NCBI GenBank assembly: GCA_035548515.1 | Contig: DASZSW010000026.1 | Span: forward strand, 131,900 to 163,899 | Length of the DNA: 32,000 bases | DNA from: Bauldia sp. | GTDB lineage: Bacteria; Pseudomonadota; Alphaproteobacteria; Rhizobiales; Kaistiaceae | Reading direction: 5' to 3' | Made by a program: the position numbers and the translations under genes | Notes under the pieces: generated by a model | What the model saw: only the letters and a program-made list of their open reading frames with translations | The model's database searches: none | What the model was told of the DNA's origin: nothing | Shown: piece by piece, positions 6,349 through 12,985 of the stretch | Layout of the letters: each line of letters begins with the position of its first letter | Numbering within the stretch: position 1 is the stretch's first letter

Positions 6349-7929
6349 ATGCGCATTCCATTTCTGGCGGCGCGCGGGAGCGCGGCGGACGACGTCGCGC
6401 GCCGTGAGCATGAGGCGAAGGCTTCGCGCGCCGGGCCGGTGATCGCGTGGCAGACGCAGCACCGCGCCGTGTGGACGCCGCGCGACTATGCGGCGCTGGC
6501 GCGCGAAGGGTTCGCCCGCAACGCGGTGGTCTATCGCTGCGTGCGCATGATCGCGGAGGCGACGGCGTCGGTGCCCTGGCTGCTCTACGAGGGCGAGGCG
6601 GAGCTGACGGAGCATCCGCTGCTGGCGCTGTTGGCGCGGCCGAACCGGCGGCAGGCCGGCGCGGATTTCCGCGAGTCGCTGGCCGGCTACCTGATGGTGG
6701 CGGGCAATGCGTACCTCGAAGCCGTGGATGTGGATGGCGCCGTGCGGGAACTGCACACGTTGCGGCCCGACCGCATGAAGGTGGTGCCGGGCAGCGACGG
6801 CTGGCCGGAGGCTTATGAGTACACCGCGGGCGGGCGCTCGGTGCGCTTCGCCGTGCCTGGCGAGGGCATGTCGCCGATCCTGCACCTTTCGCTGTTCCAT
6901 CCGCTCGACGATCACTACGGCTTCGCGCCGATGGACGCGGCGGCGGTGGCGCTCGACCTGCACAACGCTGCCGGCACCTGGAACAAGGCGCTGCTCGACA
7001 ATTCGGCGCGGCCATCCGGCGCGCTCATCTACCAGGCGAAGGACGGCGGCAATCTCTCCGCCGAGCAGTACGAACGGCTGAAGTCGGAACTGGAGACGGG
7101 CTTCACTGGCGCAGCGCGCGCCGGGCGGCCGCTGCTCTTGGAAGGCGGGCTCGACTGGAAGGCGATGGCGCTAACGCCCAAGGACATGGATTTCCTCGAG
7201 GCGAAGAACGGCGCCGCGCGCGAGATCGCGCTGGCCTTCGGCGTGCCGCCGATGCTGCTCGGCATCCCCGGCGACAACACCTACGCGAATTACAAGGAAG
7301 CCAACGCTGCGTTCTGGCGCGGCACGGTGCTGCCGCTGGCGGCGAAGATCGCGGGCGCGATCGGCGCGTGGCTGGCGCCGGCGTTCGGCGATGGGCTCAG
7401 GCTGTGGTTCGACGCGGACCAGGTCGAGGCGCTTGGCGCTGACCGCGAGGCGCTGTGGGCCCGCATCGCCGCGGCGGATTTCCTGACGCTGAACGAGAAG
7501 CGCGCGGCGGTTGGGTATGAGGCGCTCGCCGGCGGCGATGAGGTGAAGCGGGCGGATGCGGTGCACGCGCCGGAGCGCCGCTACAATCCGGACTGGGCCA
7601 GCCAGCCGCGTGCGCCGGCGGGCAGCGGTGAGGAAAGCGGGCGGTGGATCGACGCCGGGGTAGGTCGCAGAGATGAAGGCACGTCAGACGCGTCAGGCAC
7701 AGTGTCCGCCGCTACGCCAATTGTCGTTGCCGGCGGCTTTGAGCCTGGTCAGGAAAGCATGACGGTGCAGGATTTCGTGTCAGCATTCTGTAGAGCTGGC
7801 ATATACAGCGAGTTACCCGGACAATTCCTTGGGATGACCATTATCGACGTCATGGGCCTCGCCAAGTCTGGTGATGCCGCCGCTCGCACGTGTCTGAAGC
7901 TGCTCGGGCGCGATCGATTTCGAAAATAA
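6349..7929 (+). CDS. HK97-family phage/GTA portal protein (RcGTA g3-like) with a ~123-aa non-portal C-terminal extension
   Basis: ATG 6349 follows ggagag. The portal core runs from ...NAVVYRCVRMIAEATASVPW... through ...FLTLNEKRAAVGYEALAGGDEV (~400 aa). The ORF then continues to 7929 through a Pro/Gly linker and an AT-richer unrelated domain. Confidence 0.9.
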   Translation: MRIPFLAARGSAADDVARREHEAKASRAGPVIAWQTQHRAVWTPRDYAALAREGFARNAVVYRCVRMIAEATASVPWLLYEGEAELTEHPLLALLARPNRRQAGADFRESLAGYLMVAGNAYLEAVDVDGAVRELHTLRPDRMKVVPGSDGWPEAYEYTAGGRSVRFAVPGEGMSPILHLSLFHPLDDHYGFAPMDAAAVALDLHNAAGTWNKALLDNSARPSGALIYQAKDGGNLSAEQYERLKSELETGFTGAARAGRPLLLEGGLDWKAMALTPKDMDFLEAKNGAAREIALAFGVPPMLLGIPGDNTYANYKEANAAFWRGTVLPLAAKIAGAIGAWLAPAFGDGLRLWFDADQVEALGADREALWARIAAADFLTLNEKRAAVGYEALAGGDEVKRADAVHAPERRYNPDWASQPRAPAGSGEESGRWIDAGVGRRDEGTSDASGTVSAATPIVVAGGFEPGQESMTVQDFVSAFCRAGIYSELPGQFLGMTIIDVMGLAKSGDAAARTCLKLLGRDRFRK

Positions 7930-7943
7930 GGGGAGGAAAAAAT

Positions 7944-8186
7944 ATGACGCTAAACGGGATCAATGATCTCCTCGCCTTCGCCAATTTGCTGAGAGCAGCG
8001 AAAGTCGAATATCGTCTGGAGCACTCACGGCACGATGCGTTGACCATCCAGCTCTTCCTGATCGGCGCATTTATCGAGATCGACTTTTTCGATGACCACA
8101 TCGAGTACACTTTTTTCGAAGGAAGCGAGAGCGTACTGGACGATCAGGAACGGCTGTTTGCGCTGATCGACAACGCGAAGGGTTAG
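7944..8186 (+). CDS. Small acidic hypothetical protein (80 aa), an immunity-protein-like candidate
   Basis: ATG 7944 follows ggggagga. The gene starts 15 nt after the portal stop, is visibly AT-rich, and is acidic (DFFDDHIEYTFFEGSESVLDDQE). Confidence 0.55.
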   Translation: MTLNGINDLLAFANLLRAAKVEYRLEHSRHDALTIQLFLIGAFIEIDFFDDHIEYTFFEGSESVLDDQERLFALIDNAKG

Positions 8187-8196
8187 AACGAAACCC

Positions 8197-8424
8197 GCCG
8201 CTGACGGCGAAGATCGCGGGCGCGATCGGCGCCTGGCTGGCGCCGGCGTTCGGCGAGGGGCTCAGGCTGTGGTTCGACGCCGACCAGGTCGAGGCGCTTG
8301 GCGCTGACCGCGAGGCGCTGTGGGCCCGCATCGCCGCGGCGGATTTCCCGACGCTGAACGAGAAGCGCGCGGCGGTTGGGTATGAGGCGCTCGCCGGCGG
8401 CGATGAGGTGAAGCGGGCGGATGC
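8197..8424 (+). repeat. Second copy of the portal 3' end (matches 7332..7559)
   Basis: Manual base-by-base alignment gives 228 bp with 5 mismatches and no indels. Confidence 0.95.
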
Positions 8425-8692
8425 TGCGGCGTGGAAGTACAGCCCCGATCAGCCCCGCGTGCCGGCCGGGAGCCCGGAAGGCGGGCAGTGGACTGTTGGC
8501 GCGGAAGCACTCGCCGAAAATGATATTGGCCGCCTCGTAGCGGAGTTGCCGTGGTCCGGAGGCGGGAGAAAATGCGTTTACCGGTTTGACACGTTCAGTA
8601 TTTTGGTTGACGGACCGGTGAACTTTCGCTGCCAGGACTGGGTGCCCTGGTCGGCGGTGACGCACGGTCAAAGACTGAACGACAACTATTGA
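8198..8692 (+). other. Orphan module: start-less portal 3' fragment fused in frame to a different C-terminal domain
   Basis: The frame is open from the repeat (PLTAKIAGAIGAWLAPAFGEGLRLWFDADQVEAL...GGDEVKRADA) into new sequence (AAWKYSPDQPRVPAGSPEGGQWTVGAEALAENDIGRLVAELPWSGGGRKCVYRFDTFSILVDGPVNFRCQDW...). The only start-like codon is the internal GTG at 8408, which begins the ORF-track entry 8408..8692. Confidence 0.7.
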
Positions 8693-8703
8693 AAGGTCGC
8701 GTC

Positions 8704-9039
8704 ATGACGGACGGTTTGCTCATCGCGACGTTCACGCTGTCCGCGGCAGCAAAGCATGGCGTGGAGCGCGTCAGAGAACTCTATCTTGCACGTTTTCCCG
8801 ACAATCCGCCGGCCGTGGCATCCGTTGCATGGGGGTATGTCGAAGGAAGCGATCCGCTTTCCGGGAAGGTCATCGTTGGATTTTACCAGCAATCCCAGTT
8901 TGCTGAAATCGAACATGGCATACAGGAAGTGTCGGGCGTGCCGCTGATCTATTTCACGACCGAGCAGTTCCATCCGCTGTTCGACGGAAAGGTGTTGGAC
9001 TACGAGGATGGGCAGGGGTTTTTTCTGAGGGCGCCGTAG
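8704..9039 (+). CDS. Hypothetical protein (111 aa), an immunity-like candidate paired with the orphan C-terminal domain
   Basis: ATG 8704 lies 12 nt after the orphan ORF stop, with aaagg upstream. Ordinary composition. No family recognised. Confidence 0.5.
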   Translation: MTDGLLIATFTLSAAAKHGVERVRELYLARFPDNPPAVASVAWGYVEGSDPLSGKVIVGFYQQSQFAEIEHGIQEVSGVPLIYFTTEQFHPLFDGKVLDYEDGQGFFLRAP

Positions 9040-9059
9040 CTGGGCCCGAAGCCGCTGCA

Positions 9060-9222
9060 ATGCTGCTCGGCATTCCCGGCGACAACACCTGCGCCAACTA
9101 CAAGGAAGCCAACGCCGCCTTCTGGCGCGGCACGGTGCTTCCGCTGACGGCGAAGATCGCCGGCGCGATCGGCGCCTGGCTGGCGCCGGCGTTCGGCGAT
9201 GGCCTAGGCTGTGGGTTCGATG
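9060..9222 (+). repeat. Third, degenerate copy of the portal 3' region (matches ~7252..7412)
   Basis: Manual alignment shows about a dozen substitutions plus two 1-nt indels near the 3' end. It translates as MLLGIPGDNTCANYKEANAAFWRGTVLPLTAKIAGAIGAWLAPAFGDGL, against portal MLLGIPGDNTYANYKEANAAFWRGTVLPLAAKIAGAIGAWLAPAFGDGL. Confidence 0.9.
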
Positions 9223-9235
9223 ATGGGAACAGGAC

Positions 9236-9421
9236 TTGGACGACATCACGCGCACGATCAGCGAGCGCGGCGATCTTGCGCACCTGGTGCTCTTCCTTTG
9301 GGCGAGCGGGGCGAGCGGGTTGCTCGTGTGGGTGCTGAAGGAGCTCGCCGCTTCCAACCGGCGGTTCAACGACTTCGTTTCCGAGATCGCGCGGCTGAAC
9401 CGGTTTTTCGATCGGGATTAG
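9236..9421 (+). CDS. Small putative membrane protein (61 aa) at the position of RcGTA g3.5
   Basis: TTG start from the ORF track. It has a hydrophobic core (LAHLVLFLWASGASGLLVWVL) followed by an amphipathic tail. Assignment to the g3.5 family rests on position only. Confidence 0.3.
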   Translation: MDDITRTISERGDLAHLVLFLWASGASGLLVWVLKELAASNRRFNDFVSEIARLNRFFDRD

Positions 9422-9520
9422 TCGCGCTGTGGTGGCCGCGACTGCGCCGACGAAGGCGTGGGCGGCGGGGACGAGCCCGGCCATGACGGTTGGGTGGTGT
9501 TGCGAGGCGCCTGTTCTGGG

Positions 9521-9538
9521 TCCCCGCCTTCGCGGGGA
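9521..9538. repeat. REP hairpin tccccgc-cttc-gcgggga
   Basis: Perfect 7-bp stem. The same family occurs at 10428..10441. This is the common 'ggtccccgccttcgcgggga' intergenic repeat of Bradyrhizobiaceae-type genomes (from memory). Confidence 0.7.
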
Positions 9539-9816
9539 TGACCGTTGGCGGGGTGACGACCTCGCGGGTTCTGGACCAAGGGAAACCTAGATGAAGCATC
9601 TCCTGGCGCGCTTTGGCGCGGGGCCGGGCGCGGATCATCGCGCCGTGTTTTCCGGATTTGCGCGGCGGCTGTCGCGCGTGATCGCGCTGAAGCGCGCCGC
9701 GCCGAAGGTGCGGGCGGTGGCGGGATGAATGCAACGCGAACTGCCTCACCAACGCTGACAGTGAAGTTGAGCCGGTGAAGCAAGCGATGCGCCGCTTCCC
9801 GGAAATTCGAGGTCAC

Positions 9817-10338
9817 ATGAAACACGAAACGAAATTCGCACGCGTGGCGCTCTCGAGCGTTGACGCGGACGGGACGTTTACCGGCTACGCGTCGCTGTTC
9901 GGCAAGACCGACCTTGGCCGCGACGTGGTGATGCCGGGTGCGTTCCGCGCTTCGCTGGCGAAGCGTGGAGCGGGCGGCGTGAAGATGCTGTTCCAGCATG
10001 ATCCCAACCAGCCGATCGGCGTGTGGACGGATATCCGCGAGGACAGCCAGGGGCTGTTCGTCAAGGGGCGGCTGACGGCCGACGTGGCTCGCGCACGCGA
10101 GGTGCTGGCGCTGATGCGCGCCGGCGCGCTCGACGGCTTGTCGATTGGCTATCGGACGGTGCGCGGCAAGACGGACGCCAAGACCGGCGTACGGCGGCTA
10201 ATGGAAGTCGACCTGTGGGAGATTTCCGTCGTGACGTTCCCGATGCAGCCCGAGGCGCGCGTGTCGTCGGTGAAGGCGCTGCAGCTCGCAGCTCTCATTC
10301 GCCGGGCGACGGCGATGCTGCGGGACGCGACCCGCTAG
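9817..10338 (+). CDS. HK97-family prohead protease (RcGTA g4-like)
   Basis: FTGYASLFGKTDLGRDVVMPGAF...MLFQHDPNQPIG...LDGLSIGY...WEISVVTFP is typical of the S78 prohead protease. ATG 9817 follows gaggt; GTG 9775 and ATG 9787 are alternative starts. Confidence 0.9.
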   Translation: MKHETKFARVALSSVDADGTFTGYASLFGKTDLGRDVVMPGAFRASLAKRGAGGVKMLFQHDPNQPIGVWTDIREDSQGLFVKGRLTADVARAREVLALMRAGALDGLSIGYRTVRGKTDAKTGVRRLMEVDLWEISVVTFPMQPEARVSSVKALQLAALIRRATAMLRDATR

Positions 10339-10357
10339 CAAAACGAACGCAGGTGTC

Positions 10358-10441
10358 ATGCCTGCGAAGGCAGGCATCCAGTGTCCGCCGTCGGCTCAGG
10401 TTCTGACGCCGCGGCGGATACTGGGTCCCCGCCTTCGCGGG
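10358..10441. repeat. Two REP hairpins between the protease and capsid genes
   Basis: atgcctgc-gaag-gcaggcat (10358..10377, 8-bp stem) and cccgc-cttc-gcggg (10428..10441). Confidence 0.7.
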
Positions 10442-10491
10442 ACGACGGTGGAGTGTGGCCCACTCCCTCAGGTATTCCCACGAAAGGAAAA

Positions 10492-11748
10492 ATGATGACC
10501 CAGGAAATGAACGCGGCGCCGGAGATGAAATCCGGCGAGGCGACGGAAGCTTTTAGCGAATTCATGCACGCCTTCGAGTCGTTCAAGGAGGCGAACGACC
10601 GTCGGTTGGCCGAGATCGACCGCAAGATGGCGGCCGATGTCGTGACCAACGAGAAGGTGGAGCGCATCAACCGCGCGCTCGATGAACAGAAGCGGGCACT
10701 CGACCAGATGCTGCTGAAGGCCCGGCGTCCGGCTCTCGGCGGCGGCGCGGCGACAAGTGCCGCGGCCTTGGAGCACAAGGCGGCGTTCGAGGCGTACATC
10801 CGCGGCGGTGCCGAGGAGGGGCTGCGCAGCTTCGAGCAGAAGGCTCTGGCGGTCTCCACCAACAGCGGCGCCGACGGCGGCTACACGGTGCCCGATGACG
10901 TCGAGCGCGAGATTGGCCGCCGCCTGGCGTCGATCTCGCCGATCCGCGGCATCTCGGGCGTCAAGCAGATCTCCGGCAACGTCTACAAGAAGCCGTTCGC
11001 GACGAGCGGGGCGGCCACCGGCTGGGTTGCTGAGACGGACTCGCGCACGCAGACCAACACGCCGACGCTCGCCGAGCTGCAGTTCCCGGCGATGGAGCTC
11101 TACGCCATGCCGGCGGCGACCGGCACGCTGCTCGACGACAGCGCGGTGAATATCGACGAATGGATCGCGAGCGAGGTCGAGCTGGCGTTCGCCACGCAGG
11201 AGGGTACGGCGTTCGTCAACGGCGATGGCGACGGCCAGCCGACCGGCTTTCTGCATGGCACCAAGATCGCAGAAGCTTCGTGGGCGTGGACCAAGATCGG
11301 CTACGTCAAGACCGGCGTGTCGGCCGGCTTCGCGGCGGACGGCGGCGGTTACGACAACCTGGTCGACCTCGTCTACACGCTGAAGTCGGGCTACCGGCAG
11401 AACGCGCACTTCGTCATGAACCGCAAGACGCAAGGCGCCGTACGCAAGCTGAAGGACGAGAACGACAACTACATCTGGGCGCCGGCGGCCACTCTCGGCG
11501 CGCCCGCGAGCCTGATGGGCTTCCCGATCGCGGAGTCGGAGGACATGCCGGACATCGGTGCCGACTCGTACTCGATCGCGTTCGGCGATTTCCTGCACGG
11601 CTACCTGATCGTCGACCGCATCGGCGTACGCGTGCTGCGCGATCCGTATTCGGCCAAGCCCTACGTGCTGTTCTACACGACCAAGCGCGTCGGCGGCGGC
11701 GTCCAGGATTACGACGCCATCAAGCTCCTGAAATTCGGCACGGCCTAG
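10492..11748 (+). CDS. HK97-family major capsid protein (RcGTA g5-like)
   Basis: ATG 10492 follows aaaggaaa. It has an N-terminal coiled delta-domain (EFMHAFESFKEANDRRLAEIDRKM...) followed by an HK97-fold body (...GGYTVPDDVEREI...FVNGDGDGQPTGF...). Confidence 0.92.
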   Translation: MMTQEMNAAPEMKSGEATEAFSEFMHAFESFKEANDRRLAEIDRKMAADVVTNEKVERINRALDEQKRALDQMLLKARRPALGGGAATSAAALEHKAAFEAYIRGGAEEGLRSFEQKALAVSTNSGADGGYTVPDDVEREIGRRLASISPIRGISGVKQISGNVYKKPFATSGAATGWVAETDSRTQTNTPTLAELQFPAMELYAMPAATGTLLDDSAVNIDEWIASEVELAFATQEGTAFVNGDGDGQPTGFLHGTKIAEASWAWTKIGYVKTGVSAGFAADGGGYDNLVDLVYTLKSGYRQNAHFVMNRKTQGAVRKLKDENDNYIWAPAATLGAPASLMGFPIAESEDMPDIGADSYSIAFGDFLHGYLIVDRIGVRVLRDPYSAKPYVLFYTTKRVGGGVQDYDAIKLLKFGTA

Positions 11749-11785
11749 AGCCCCGCGTCCCTCCTCTCAAGGACGTGTCGAATGG

Positions 11786-11830
11786 CGGCCCCGCCGGGCT
11801 TCGGTCTGGCGGGGCCGTTCTCTTCTCCCC
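11786..11830 (+). terminator. Rho-independent-like hairpin after the capsid gene
   Basis: A perfect 10-bp stem cggccccgcc (11786..11795) / ggcggggccg (11808..11817) with a 12-nt loop, followed by ttctcttct. Confidence 0.45.
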
Positions 11831-11847
11831 ATTGCCTACTCCCGGAT

Positions 11848-12426
11848 ATGCCCATGACCGCAGCGCTGATCACGCCGCCGGCGATCGAACCGGTGTTGCT
11901 CGATGACGCCAAGGCCTACCTCCGTCTCGACGCAGATGACGATGATGCGCTTGTGACCGCCGCGATCACCGCGGCGCGGGTGCATGTCGAAGCGCTGACG
12001 CGGCGGTGCCTGATCGAGCAGAGCTGGCGAGTGTATCTCGACCAGTGGCCGCGCCGGCGGATCGTGCCGCTCGTTCCGGCGCCGCTGATCTCGGTGGAGT
12101 CGGTTACCGTCTACGACGCGGCTGGCGCGCCACATGTGGTCGACGAGGACGACTACGAGGTCGATACGGTGTCGGTTCCGGGATGCCTGCTGCTTTCCGC
12201 AGCGGTGCCCGTGGCGGCGCGACAGATCAACGGCATCGAGATCGAGCTGACGGCCGGGTACGGCCCCTCGAGCATCGACGTGCCGGGACCGCTGCGCCAG
12301 GCGATCATGATGCTGGTCGCGCATTGGTATGAGCATCGCGGTGTCGTCGGCCATGATCGCGCCGGCGAGATACCGCCGCACGGGTTCGATGCGCTGATCG
12401 CGCCGTACCGGATCCTGTCGCTATGA
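11848..12426 (+). CDS. Head-tail connector (gp6-like/phiE125 gp8 family; RcGTA g6-like)
   Basis: LLDDAKAYLRLDADDDDALVTAAITAARVHVEALTRRCLIEQSW is typical of this family. ATG 11848 (or 11854). Confidence 0.8.
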   Translation: MPMTAALITPPAIEPVLLDDAKAYLRLDADDDDALVTAAITAARVHVEALTRRCLIEQSWRVYLDQWPRRRIVPLVPAPLISVESVTVYDAAGAPHVVDEDDYEVDTVSVPGCLLLSAAVPVAARQINGIEIELTAGYGPSSIDVPGPLRQAIMMLVAHWYEHRGVVGHDRAGEIPPHGFDALIAPYRILSL

Positions 12427-12758
12427 GCGCCGCGCTTTACGATCCGGGCTGGCTGCGGCACCGCGTGACGGTGGAGTCGGCGGCAGGTGTCGCCGACGGT
12501 GCTGGCGGCGAAACCGTGACGTGGGACACGCTCGCGACTCTGTGGGCGCATCTCGCGCCGGTTTCCGACGGCGAGAAGATCGTGGCGGGTCACCTGTCCG
12601 GCGTCGTGACGCATGAGGTGACGCTGCGCTGGCGCGACGACATCGCCGGGGGCATGCGCATCGCCTACCGCGGACGGACGTTCCGGATACTGGCGGTGTA
12701 CGACCCCGATGAAACACGACGCTACGTCGTCGCGAAGACGAGCGAGGAGGCACCATGA
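12423..12758 (+). CDS. Head-tail adaptor/head closure protein (RcGTA g7-like)
   Basis: LRHRVTVES...ETVTWDTLATLWAHL...THEVTLRWR. ATGA overlap with g6. Confidence 0.8.
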   Translation: MSAALYDPGWLRHRVTVESAAGVADGAGGETVTWDTLATLWAHLAPVSDGEKIVAGHLSGVVTHEVTLRWRDDIAGGMRIAYRGRTFRILAVYDPDETRRYVVAKTSEEAP

Positions 12759-12985
12759 CGTCGGCTCTCTCGATCACCGGCGCCGATCTCATCCGCGCAT
12801 TGCGCGATGCGCTGCCCGCGGTGGATGACGCCGTGCGCGACAGGGCCGACGCGCGAGCAGCGGAGCTGGCGCGCGACGGCGTGGCGACACGCGTCCTGCG
12901 CCGCGGCGAGGGCGCCTATACCGTCGAAGTAGCGGGCGATTCCCTCTTCGAGCGCACGTTCGGCGCGCTGGGAGATGAGCTGTGA
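12755..12985 (+). CDS. Small hypothetical protein (76 aa) between the g7 and g8 homologues
   Basis: ATGA overlap with g7 and GTGA overlap with g8, so it is translationally coupled. No family recognised. Confidence 0.45.
   Translation: MTSALSITGADLIRALRDALPAVDDAVRDRADARAAELARDGVATRVLRRGEGAYTVEVAGDSLFERTFGALGDEL

Noticed and set aside
5124-7015. Minus-strand ORFs 5124..6356, 6145..6963 and 6233..7015
   Set aside because: They are antisense to the AKR and portal genes, have a GC-artefact composition, and run through the REP palindrome.
9591-9728. A 45-codon ORF (MKHLLARFGAGPGADHRAVFSGFARRLSRVIALKRAAPKVRAVAG) with a decent SD in the g3.5-protease gap
   Set aside because: It is too short and Arg/Ala-rich to support from sequence alone, so it is not listed as a feature. 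It is noted as a caveat to the 'non-coding gap' observation.
10468-11598. A 376-aa minus-strand ORF antisense to the capsid gene
   Set aside because: High-GC antisense artefact. The + frame is an unmistakable HK97 capsid.
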